Positions 7,398 to 15,278 of a stretch of 24,000 nucleotides of DNA are shown one piece after another. Position 1 is the stretch's first letter. Each line of letters starts with the position of its first letter. Position numbers and translations under genes: made by a program. Origin of the DNA: an uncultured Acidobacteriota bacterium (GTDB lineage Bacteria; Acidobacteriota; Terriglobia; UBA7540); assembly GCA_963808085.1 (NCBI GenBank), contig CAWEFC010000006.1, positions 137,328-161,327 on the forward strand, written 5' to 3'. The notes beneath the pieces are model-generated. The model did no database searches, was not told the DNA's origin, and worked only from the letters and a program-made list of their open reading frames with translations.

Positions 7398-8717
7398 ATG
7401 GCACGTTTGAATCTGCAGAATTGGCGGTCGTGGCTTGCTCACCGCACGCACGAAGGTGGGCCGGCCAAGACCATTACGCCGGAGCTGGAGCTTCGGCGCT
7501 CGGTAATGGCCTGCTTGCTTTGGGAGGACCAGTTCTACGAGGACGGAGTCGCCATCGCCGGCCGCATCGCCGAGTTGGTTCCTCGCGTCGAGGCCGGCCA
7601 TGTGGCGGACATCGCCATTGAAGCGCGCGAAAAGATGCACTTGCGGCATGCGCCTCTCTTGCTCGTGCGGGAGATGGCCCGGCACTCGACGCACCGCGCG
7701 CTGGTGGGAGAGACGCTGGCGCGGGTCATTCAGTGCGCCGACGAGCTCACCGAGTTCCTGGCCATCTACTGGAAGGACGGCCGTGTGCCGCTTTCCGGGC
7801 AGGTGAAGAAGGGTTTGGCGGCGGCCTTCGGCAAGTTTGATGCCTACCAGCTTGCCAAGTACGACCGCCCAGGCCCCGTGCGCCTGCGCGACGTGCTCTT
7901 CCTCTCGCACGCCAAGCCTCGCGATGAGGCTCAGGCGGAAGTGTGGAAGGGTTTGGTGGAGGGCAAGCTCGCCTCGCCCGACACCTGGGAAGTAGCGCTT
8001 TCCGCGGGCGCCGACAAGCGTGCGGCGTGGGAGCGGCTGATCCAGGAGCGCAAGCTCGGCGCGCTGGCCTTGCTGCGGAACCTCCGCAACATGCAGGCAG
8101 CCGGGGTGGAGCGGGAACTCGTGCTGGGCGCGATCCGTTCCATGCGCACGGACCGGGTTCTGCCCTTCCGCTTCATCGCCGCCGCGCGCCACGCCCCGCA
8201 GTGGGAGGAGGCGCTGGAAGAGGCCATGCTCAAGAGCCTCGCCGAGCGCCCCAAGCTGCCGGGGAAGACCGTGCTGCTGGTGGACGTCTCCGGCAGCATG
8301 ACGGCGGCCCTGTCGCGCCAGTCGGAAATGTTGCGTACCGACGCGGCACACGGGCTGGCGATTCTGCTGCGCGAACTCGCCGAGCGGGCAAGCATCTACA
8401 GCTTCTCGAACAAGCTGGTGGAGGTTCCCGCGCGGCACGGCTTCGCCTTGCGCGATGCCATTGACCAGAGCCAGACCCACGGGGGCACCCTGCTCGGTGG
8501 AGCTCTCGCGGGGATGCAGAAACGGTTCGACCGCCTCATCGTCATCACCGACGAGCAGGCGCACGACAAGGTTCCTGCTCCCCGGGGCCGCGGCTACGTC
8601 ATCAACGTGGGCAGCTTTAAGAATGGCGTGGGCTACGGCGAGTGGGTGCACATCGACGGCTGGAGCGAAGCCGTGATCGAATACATCCGCTCGCTGGAAG
8701 AACTCCGCGCCGATTAG
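7398..8717 (+). CDS. rsr: TROVE-domain / vWA-domain protein (Ro60 ortholog-like, Rsr)
   Basis: The N-terminal region (HEGGPAKTITPELELRRSVMACLLWEDQFYEDG...) resembles the bacterial TROVE module. The C-terminal vWA domain has a MIDAS motif in VLLVDVSGSM. AAAGGAGG lies 9 nt upstream of ATG 7398; the track's GTG at 7368 would sit inside the inverted repeat. The Y-RNA-like array directly upstream on the same strand supports the call. Confidence 0.75.
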   Translation: MARLNLQNWRSWLAHRTHEGGPAKTITPELELRRSVMACLLWEDQFYEDGVAIAGRIAELVPRVEAGHVADIAIEAREKMHLRHAPLLLVREMARHSTHRALVGETLARVIQCADELTEFLAIYWKDGRVPLSGQVKKGLAAAFGKFDAYQLAKYDRPGPVRLRDVLFLSHAKPRDEAQAEVWKGLVEGKLASPDTWEVALSAGADKRAAWERLIQERKLGALALLRNLRNMQAAGVERELVLGAIRSMRTDRVLPFRFIAAARHAPQWEEALEEAMLKSLAERPKLPGKTVLLVDVSGSMTAALSRQSEMLRTDAAHGLAILLRELAERASIYSFSNKLVEVPARHGFALRDAIDQSQTHGGTLLGGALAGMQKRFDRLIVITDEQAHDKVPAPRGRGYVINVGSFKNGVGYGEWVHIDGWSEAVIEYIRSLEELRAD

Positions 8718-8720
8718 CAG

Positions 8721-8763
8721 CGGCCGGCCGGGAAGAACGTTCTCCCGGCTGGCCGTTTCTTTG
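8721..8763 (+). terminator. Rho-independent terminator after rsr
   Basis: CGGCCGGCCGGGAAGAAC / GTTCTCCCGGCTGGCCG forms a near-perfect hairpin starting 4 nt after the TAG, followed by TTTCTTTG. Confidence 0.7.
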
Positions 8764-9604
8764 TGTCGGGGCAATCCGCTTTGGCCTCGCTCGCTTGGGC
8801 GTACTTGGCCCTCCGCTAAATGACTTATTTTCAGATACTTATTCGGATACCACAAAGTCCGTAGTCATAAGTAACTTATTTTCTTCAAGTTATCCGGGTA
8901 GTGGGAATGGAGCGGAAAAATGGGGAGTTTTTCGAGTCAAAGATCGATGTAACTAGGTTTGTTTTCTATAATTAATCGGCTATTTTATATAACTATATTG
9001 TTTTCAAATACTTGGTGGCTTCCGCCATTTTGTCAGAAATTTGTCCGTTTTTTTCAATAACTTATCGGGACCACCCTTCATTTCGACATCTTTTTTATTT
9101 TCGCTGGTGGGCTTGATTAGCATCGATAAAATGTCGATTGGTACGGCCTTCGGAGGATCAATTCGTCGCTTCCTCTCTCGACTTCCGGCCCGCAGGAGGG
9201 GCTTTTTCCACCCCGCAGAAGGCGCGCGAATTCACACAACCAACCTGGAGCCAAGCAATCTTGTCTCCAAACTCTGCGCCGACCCGACAGGCTGTCCAGT
9301 AACAGGAAGAATCTTCTTGTCGAATTATCGCCCGATGTTCCGGGGACTACGTTCCGGAGGCACCTCGTTTTCTGGTTCTGGAGTGGCGGAAGGTGGCCGC
9401 TGCCAAGCCTCGTGGACCGAAGGCAGAGACCGTTGACTTTCGCCCCACCGCGACGGTCCCAGCCGCCACCCGTGCGAAAACCAGTGTAACGAGTGTCCTG
9501 TCCCCGGGTCCCCGGATGACGGTCTGCGGAAAAGATTGGATAGGGCAGATTCAAGATTTAACAACAAGCTCCGCCTGTAACTACTGTACGTCGCGGGTCT
9601 CTGC

Positions 9605-9934
9605 TCACTCCAGACGATCGCGACGTAGGAATGCTTCGAGGTCTCGTGAGGCGTGGACGACCCGAAGAATCTCTACTCCATCCGGGCGCGGTCGGTAGAG
9701 TACGAGCATTCTCTCGAAGCCCGAGACTCGAAACACCCGCAAAGCGACAAGAGCAGGGTTCTTGAGGCGAGAATACCATCCCATGTTGGGCTGGGTGGCG
9801 AGGAGCGAAAATGTTTCGTGGGCTGCGAGGAGAAAGTTGTGACCAACTTTGGGGCTTGCGTGAGTAGCAAGATAATAAGCCTGGTCGTCAAGATCTTGAT
9901 CGGCCTTGGGGCGAATAACGTAGCGGGCACTCAG
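9605..9934 (-). CDS. parE: ParE/RelE-family toxin (109 codons, no ATG/GTG/TTG start; candidate CTG start overlapping the antitoxin stop)
   Basis: Manual translation gives (L/M)SARYVIRPKADQDLDDQAYYLATHASPKVGHNFLLAAHETFSLLATQPNMGWYSRLKNPALVALRVFRVSGFERMLVLYRPRPDGVEILRVVHASRDLEAFLRRDRLE*. This has typical ParE architecture and length. The frame opens after a TGA. The only plausible start is CTG at 9934-9932, within CTGA, which overlaps the antitoxin TGA stop. Absent from the ORF track. Confidence 0.65.
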   Translation of the reverse strand: MSARYVIRPKADQDLDDQAYYLATHASPKVGHNFLLAAHETFSLLATQPNMGWYSRLKNPALVALRVFRVSGFERMLVLYRPRPDGVEILRVVHASRDLEAFLRRDRLE

Positions 9935-10173
9935 CGAGTACCGGTCTTCTTCAGGCGTTCATCCAACGAGCGATGTTTGGCTTCCCAATAACCCGGCCCG
10001 GTCTCGATTGGTTCGCCGGAATAGAGACCTTCGAGGGCCAAAGCTTCAAGCTCGTCCTCTGCCCGCTGCTCAGCGCGGACCAAACGCTCGACATAGGCTT
10101 CCACCGTAAGTCCGTCAGCCTCCGCTCGGGAGCGGAGCCTTACTTCGAGCTCGGGATGGATCGCAATCGTCAT
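9931..10173 (-). CDS. parD: ParD-type antitoxin
   Basis: MTIAIHPELEVRLRSRAEADGLTVEAYVERLV...LEGLYSGEPIETGPGYWEAKHRSLDERL resembles ParD-family antitoxins. The ORF-track version extends to 10260; the shorter ATG at 10173 gives the usual 80-aa size. Start is uncertain. Confidence 0.7.
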   Translation of the reverse strand: MTIAIHPELEVRLRSRAEADGLTVEAYVERLVRAEQRAEDELEALALEGLYSGEPIETGPGYWEAKHRSLDERLKKTGTR

Positions 10174-10465
10174 GGGGCTTTCGCTCGTGCTGACAAAAGC
10201 CATTTTACGACATTTTCGCTCAACGGTCGAGCGGCGTAGCGCAGCGCGGCGGAGCCGCAACCAAACAGGATCACCACAGAAACCGCAGAGTGTCTGCCCG
10301 CCTTTGGCGGGTCCATAGTGCCGGAAACTTCCCGTTGCCGTTACGAATAATCAATAACTTACGTGAAGTTTCTGGAGAGACCACGGAGGCAGAACACCGA
10401 GCACGTTTTGCTTCGTGGGCTCTGTACTACTATTCCCGAGATTCTGCGCAGCGTGCAAAGGTTTT

Positions 10466-10517
10466 GTGCCACGGGCATCCTGCCCGTGCTCGAGCATGGC
10501 CAGGATGGCCATGGCAC
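10466..10517. repeat. REP-like compound palindrome centred on CTCGAG
   Basis: There are two adjacent perfect hairpins, CACGGGCA-TCC-TGCCCGTG and CATGGCCA-GGA-TGGCCATG. The two halves are also imperfect reverse complements of each other (19 of 23 positions). Confidence 0.6.
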
Positions 10518-10526
10518 GGCGGGTAG

Positions 10527-10562
10527 CCACGGTCAACGTTTTTTTGACCGTGGTCTTTTCTC
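10527..10562 (+). terminator. Intrinsic-terminator-like hairpin with no obvious upstream + strand gene
   Basis: CCACGGTCAA-cgttttt-TTGACCGTGG (10-bp perfect stem) followed by TCTTTTCTC. Confidence 0.45.
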
Positions 10563-10782
10563 ACGCCATTACTCCGATCATTGTTATAAGCGCCGTCGCG
10601 ACAATAATTCAACTTCGTTCGACATCGAGGGGAAAACCCAAGGACAGGAAAGCACTGTCCGTGGCTACCCACCTAACCCGCGGCCCCTAATCCCTAAATT
10701 CCCCGCCGAGCAAACCTCGACGCATCAGATCTGGTATGTTAGTTTTAAATCTTCTTAAGCATTTTGGCTGGAAGTGAGGCAC

Positions 10783-12114
10783 ATGGCAGAAATCTTCCCT
10801 TTTCGCGCGCTTCATTACGACCCACGGAGAATTCCCGACCTCGGCGCGGTAGTTACTCAGCCCTACGACAAGATTTCTTCCGAGATGCAAGCGCGGTACT
10901 ACGAACGGAGCCCGTACAACCTGGCGCGCATCATTCGTGGACGGACCCTGCCGGAGGACGGTCCCGCGAACAATGTTTATACGCGTGCGGCGCGGGACTT
11001 CCAAGACTGGATTCAAAAGGGTGTCCTGATTTCCGAGCCTGAGCCCGCCATTTATCCCTATTACCAAGAATACGAAATCCCCGGGCAGCCCGGCGTGCGC
11101 AAGCAGCGCCGCGGTTTCATTGCTTTATTGCGCCTGGAAGATTATTCCGCGCGTGTGGTGCATCGGCACGAAGAAACGCTTTCCGGCCCCAAGGCTGACC
11201 GGTTGGAATTGCTGAAGGGCACACGCGGGCACTTCGGCCAGCTCTTCATGCTTTATAGCGACCCCACCGGAGCAATCGAGAACCTGCTGGCGGCGCCAGC
11301 GGCAGGCGAGCCCTGGGAGCAAGCGGCGGATGAATATGGCACTCGGCATACGGCCTGGCGCGTCGGTGATCCACGGATTGTTGCCGAAGTGGCGGCGGCC
11401 ATGCGCGAAAAGGCGCTGGTGATCGCGGACGGCCACCATCGGTACGAAACGGCGCTCGCGTATCGCAATTACCGCCGCGAGATGGGCCGGCGCGACGCGG
11501 AATACGTGATGATGACCTTCGTGCGCATGGAAACCGACGGACTCACTATCCTGCCCACGCACCGTATGGTCCATAGCCTGGCGAACTTCGATTGGGCAAG
11601 TTTTAGCGCCAATGCGCGGGCGATTTTCGACTGGGAAGATGTCGCGGTGAATGGCCCGGCAAGTGAATGGACGGCGCAATTCCTGGGCAAGCTTAACGCG
11701 GCGGGCCACGAGCGGCCTGCGATGGGCGCCTTTGCGGGCAATGGAAGGCTGGCTGTGCTGCGTCTGCGCCCGGATTTCGATTTAGGCCGCGCACTCCCGG
11801 ATCTCGCTCCCACGCTGCGCCGCCTCGACGTCGTGTTGCTGCATCGTCTGGTGCTCGATCGCCTGTTGGGCGTCACCGGGCAAGCCGTGCGAGAGGAAAG
11901 GAACTTATCGTACTATCGCGAGGCGGCGCTTGCTTGTGAAGGCGTGGAGAAGGGTAGGGGCCAGATCGCGTTCCTGCTCAACCCCACACCCGTCGAGGCT
12001 GTTCACGCCAACGCTCTCGCCGACTGCCCAATGCCGCAAAAATCCACCGACTTCTATCCCAAACTTTTGTCCGGATTAACGATTTATTGGCTGGATAATC
12101 CCGCGAGGATTTAG
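10783..12114 (+). CDS. DUF1015-family protein
   Basis: MAEIFPFRALHYDP...VTQPYDKIS...LYSDP...ADGHHRYETAL matches the conserved blocks I associate with DUF1015 (COG4198). The ATG at 10783 is preferred over the track's GTG at 10774. Confidence 0.75.
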   Translation: MAEIFPFRALHYDPRRIPDLGAVVTQPYDKISSEMQARYYERSPYNLARIIRGRTLPEDGPANNVYTRAARDFQDWIQKGVLISEPEPAIYPYYQEYEIPGQPGVRKQRRGFIALLRLEDYSARVVHRHEETLSGPKADRLELLKGTRGHFGQLFMLYSDPTGAIENLLAAPAAGEPWEQAADEYGTRHTAWRVGDPRIVAEVAAAMREKALVIADGHHRYETALAYRNYRREMGRRDAEYVMMTFVRMETDGLTILPTHRMVHSLANFDWASFSANARAIFDWEDVAVNGPASEWTAQFLGKLNAAGHERPAMGAFAGNGRLAVLRLRPDFDLGRALPDLAPTLRRLDVVLLHRLVLDRLLGVTGQAVREERNLSYYREAALACEGVEKGRGQIAFLLNPTPVEAVHANALADCPMPQKSTDFYPKLLSGLTIYWLDNPARI

Positions 12115-12168
12115 CAAGTCCGGGTAACTTGAGCCATCGATCATTTTTCTTGTGGAGGTAATGGGGCA

Positions 12169-13803
12169 GTGCCAAAATTCAGCAAAGTCTTTGAGGTCTC
12201 GAGCCCTCACATCGAATCTCTGGCGGCGCTCCCGGAACCCGTGCGTCCGATCGAGTCCATCCTGGCCGTGGCGGAGAGAAGCCCCGGCCTCGATGTGGAG
12301 GACGCCGCTTCGCTGATGGCCTGGGCGCGCGACCCCGAACGGCGCGCGGAAATCCACGCCGCGGCGCAGAGGGTTCGCGAGCGGGTGGCGCCACCCACGG
12401 TTGAGTTTGTCATTCCGGTATATCTCACTAGTTATTGCCAGAACGAATGCCTCTATTGTGGTTACCGGGAAAGCAATGCGCTGGCCGAGCGCGCGCGCCT
12501 GAGCCTGGATGAATTCAGCCGGGAGCTCGACTTGATTCTTTCCTGGGGCCACCGGCAGATTGAGCTGGTGCTTTCGGAAGACCCCGAGTTTGGCCCCGAA
12601 GTGGTGGCGCGCTACGTCGAATTGACCCGCCGGAGGCTCGACGCGCTGGGCGGTGGCGTGGTGGGGCTCTGCTCGCCCGTGTATGAGCGTGATGACTATG
12701 TGCGGCTGCGCGAGGCCGGCCTTGAATGGGTGGTGGAGTGGCAAGAGACTTATCACCAACCCCATTTCGATCGCTGGCATGTGGCGGGCTCGCCCAAGCG
12801 GGATATCGAATATCGCCTGGACTTGTGGGACCGCGTCATTGCCGCGGGCATCAAGAAGGTTGCCCTGGGCGCGCTGCTGGGTCTCTACGACTGGCGCTTC
12901 GACGCGCTGGCCACCATCGAGCACGGCAATTACCTGCGGCGAACCTATGGCCTGGAGCCGCACGCGATCGGCATCCCGCGCCTCAAGCCCGCGCGCGGCG
13001 TGCTGGCGTCGCAGAAGGCATCGCGCTTCACGGTCGAGGATGACGACTACCGTTTGATCCTCAGCCTCTATCATCTTGCCTTTCCGCGCTCGCGGTTGTT
13101 CTTCAATACCCGCGAGAATTACGAGATGAATATCTCGATGGTGGCCGCGGGCGACCTCTTCACCGTGGACTGCGATACCTTTCCGGGGGGCTACCTTCGT
13201 AATGACACCCCTGGGCAATTTTCGACATTCGGATTTCCCACGCGACAAGAGGTTGCCGCGGTATTCGCCGCGCGCGGGCTCAGGAGTTTGTACCTGGAGG
13301 CAGAAACGCCCCTGGCTGCTGCTCATTGCTCCCCGACATCTGCGCCCGCCGACATCGCGAAGTGGCAAGGGGAGCACGAAACGATACGCGCCGCCTTGCA
13401 CGATTGGCAGGCGATTCTCGCGGGGTTGGATTTGCACCACGGTGACAAGCTCATCGACCGGCAGGCGGCGCTCGGCGCGTTGCGCATGACGATGCATTTT
13501 TTCAAGACTTATGTCATGGACCATTGCCGCCGGGAAGAGAATGGTGTGTTCCCTGCGTTTGCGGAAGGCCGCGGATTGACCGCGAACCTCCAGACATTTC
13601 GAGATGGGCACGAGCGCTTGGGAATCGATTTGGACAAGTTTGAACGGCAGATGGCCTCTTACCAGCTCTCGGGCGACCCCTGCGTGCTGCTCAATATGGG
13701 GCAGCGCATTATCCGGGAACTGGGCGAGCACCTTGCCATGGAAGAAAGGTTTGCGCCAGAGCAGGCTCTCGTGAGTCGTTCGGGGACGCTCACTTCAAAT
13801 TGA
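12169..13803 (+). CDS. Radical SAM enzyme of the ThiH/HydG (tyrosine-lyase-like) type fused to a C-terminal hemerythrin-like (HHE) domain
   Basis: VYLTSYCQNECLYCGY is the ThiH/HydG-style CxxxCxxC motif. The C-terminal ~150 aa carry H...E / HCRREENGVFP / EHLAMEE motifs typical of hemerythrin-like di-iron domains. GGAGGT lies 9 nt upstream of the GTG start. Confidence 0.75.
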   Translation: MPKFSKVFEVSSPHIESLAALPEPVRPIESILAVAERSPGLDVEDAASLMAWARDPERRAEIHAAAQRVRERVAPPTVEFVIPVYLTSYCQNECLYCGYRESNALAERARLSLDEFSRELDLILSWGHRQIELVLSEDPEFGPEVVARYVELTRRRLDALGGGVVGLCSPVYERDDYVRLREAGLEWVVEWQETYHQPHFDRWHVAGSPKRDIEYRLDLWDRVIAAGIKKVALGALLGLYDWRFDALATIEHGNYLRRTYGLEPHAIGIPRLKPARGVLASQKASRFTVEDDDYRLILSLYHLAFPRSRLFFNTRENYEMNISMVAAGDLFTVDCDTFPGGYLRNDTPGQFSTFGFPTRQEVAAVFAARGLRSLYLEAETPLAAAHCSPTSAPADIAKWQGEHETIRAALHDWQAILAGLDLHHGDKLIDRQAALGALRMTMHFFKTYVMDHCRREENGVFPAFAEGRGLTANLQTFRDGHERLGIDLDKFERQMASYQLSGDPCVLLNMGQRIIRELGEHLAMEERFAPEQALVSRSGTLTSN

Positions 13804-13832
13804 TTCCGTAGCGGCGAGTCTGCCTCGCCACT

Positions 13833-13858
13833 CGGCGGCGCATCGCCGCCGCTGTTTC
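13833..13858 (+). terminator. Candidate terminator hairpin after the radical SAM gene
   Basis: CGGCGGCG-cat-CGCCGCCG (8 bp) followed by CTGTTTC, a weak T-tract. It is preceded by a second hairpin, GGCGAG-tctgc-CTCGCC. Confidence 0.35.
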
Positions 13859-13946
13859 ATATCGCCGCGCGGAACGTCCGCCCCAATGATGACTTGCCCC
13901 TTGTAAAGATGTTACGCTGGCAGAATATGCCGGCGTGGTCCAACCG

Positions 13947-15224
13947 ATGAGCGATGTGGTCATTCGAGTCGAGCAGCTCGGCAAGCGCTACCGCATTGGC
14001 GAACACGAACGCTACCTGGCGCTGCGCGATGTGATGGCCCGCGCCCTTACCGCCCCGCTGCGAATCTTCCAACGTCAGAATCCCTCTGCTCCCAATGGCG
14101 ATGCCGGGCACTTCTGGGCGCTCAAGGATGTTTCCTTTGAAGTTCGCCAGGGCGAAGTGACAGGCATCATCGGCCGCAACGGAGCGGGGAAGAGCACTCT
14201 GCTGAAGATACTGGCTCGCGTCACCAAGCCCACCCTGGGAGCCGCGGAGGTTCGCGGTCGTCTGGGGAGCCTGCTTGACGTGGGCACGGGGTTCCACCCC
14301 GAGCTTACCGGGCGGGAGAACATTTATTTGAACGGCGCCATCCTGGGAATGAGCAAGCAGGAAATCGATCGCAAGTTTGACGAAATCGTTGCCTTCTCGG
14401 AAGTGGAAAAGTTCATCGATACCCCCGTCAAGCACTACTCGAGTGGGATGTACGTGCGTCTGGCGTTCTCGGTGGCCGCCCACCTGGAGCCGGAAATCCT
14501 CTTAGTCGATGAGGTCCTGGCTGTCGGGGATGTCGCATTCCAGAGAAAGTGCCTGGGAAGGATGGGGGATGTCGCGAAGCAAGGCCGCACGATTCTGTTT
14601 GTGAGCCACAGCATGGCCGCCGTAGCCTTGCTGTGCAAAACCGTGGTCGTGCTGGAAAGGGGTTGCGTTAAGACGTTTGGATCTAGCCAGAACGGCATCA
14701 CAGAATACCTCGTGGGGGCCATGGACCGCCAGACGGAAGTTTATAACGTGGAAGGCGTGCCGCGGGTCGTTCATGATTTGAACAAGCGGGTGGAATTCCT
14801 GTCCTTGGAATTCGAAGGCCTTCACGGGAAACTCGTGTCCGCCGATTCGGACATTTGCGTTCGGATGAGCGTACGTGGGAACGAGACCGTGGACAGCTTC
14901 CGTTTTTCGCTGACTCTTCACGGGGTCGATGGAACGCCCGTGGGAAGCTGCTTTGGGCCGCAAATACATGAAATCGAGAAGGGCGAGGTGGCGATCTACC
15001 GGCTGAGGCTTCCCAATCCGGCTCTGGCCCAGGGCCTTTACCGGTTTGAGCTGGGAGTGGGAACGGGCAACGAACGCGAGGGTTATCGTGAGTTCGACAT
15101 CGTTCACGACGTTCTCCATTTTGAAGTTTTGCCTCCGCCGGGACATGATGGAACCATGTCTGCCTGGGACAGAAGTTGGGGCACCATCCGCTTTCAGGAA
15201 CCGGTGACGGAGAAGTGCGTGTAG
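13947..15224 (+). CDS. wzt: Polysaccharide/O-antigen ABC exporter ATP-binding protein (Wzt/TagH type) with C-terminal glycan-binding-like domain
   Basis: FWALKDVSFEVRQGEVTGIIGRNGAGKSTLLK (Walker A), YSSGMYVRLAFS (signature) and ILLVDEVLAVGD (Walker B) form the Wzt/TagH pattern. About 170 extra C-terminal residues are present. The ATG at 13947 (MSDVVIRV) is preferred over GTG 13935. Confidence 0.85.
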   Translation: MSDVVIRVEQLGKRYRIGEHERYLALRDVMARALTAPLRIFQRQNPSAPNGDAGHFWALKDVSFEVRQGEVTGIIGRNGAGKSTLLKILARVTKPTLGAAEVRGRLGSLLDVGTGFHPELTGRENIYLNGAILGMSKQEIDRKFDEIVAFSEVEKFIDTPVKHYSSGMYVRLAFSVAAHLEPEILLVDEVLAVGDVAFQRKCLGRMGDVAKQGRTILFVSHSMAAVALLCKTVVVLERGCVKTFGSSQNGITEYLVGAMDRQTEVYNVEGVPRVVHDLNKRVEFLSLEFEGLHGKLVSADSDICVRMSVRGNETVDSFRFSLTLHGVDGTPVGSCFGPQIHEIEKGEVAIYRLRLPNPALAQGLYRFELGVGTGNEREGYREFDIVHDVLHFEVLPPPGHDGTMSAWDRSWGTIRFQEPVTEKCV

Positions 15225-15278
15225 TTTTCTGCTTTTTGTGCCAGCCCGGCCGGTTGAATTCCAACTTCGATAAGCAGA

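Noticed and set aside
7353-8855. 500-aa ORF on the minus strand
   Set aside because: It lies entirely antisense to the TROVE/vWA gene. The composition is Arg/Gly/Ala/Pro-rich and low-complexity, with no recognisable motif. This is a typical shadow ORF of a GC-rich gene.
9041-9991. ORFs of 80-145 aa between the rsr terminator and parE, including the 85-aa minus ORF at 9673-9930
   Set aside because: The translations are low-complexity. The 85-aa ORF is simply the wrong frame of the ParE gene.
9054-10361. 11-bp direct repeat TCAATAACTTA flanking the parDE module, considered as target-site duplication or att sites of a mobile cassette
   Set aside because: By rough estimate, dozens of exact 11-mer pairs are expected by chance in 24 kb, more in AT-rich sequence. 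There are no integrase, transposase or terminal inverted repeats nearby. It is kept only as a note in the AT-rich-island finding.
10290-10758. ORFs of 61-131 aa in the parD / DUF1015 intergenic region
   Set aside because: They read through the REP-like palindrome and the terminator hairpin. They have no motifs and overlap on both strands.
12076-13731. 551-aa ORF on the minus strand
   Set aside because: It is antisense to the radical SAM/hemerythrin gene, which has clear catalytic motifs. This is a shadow ORF.
13804-13946. Search for a Wzm permease gene next to wzt
   Set aside because: The gap is only 143 bp and the downstream ORFs are soluble-looking. No wzm is present in this window; this is reported as an observation rather than a feature.
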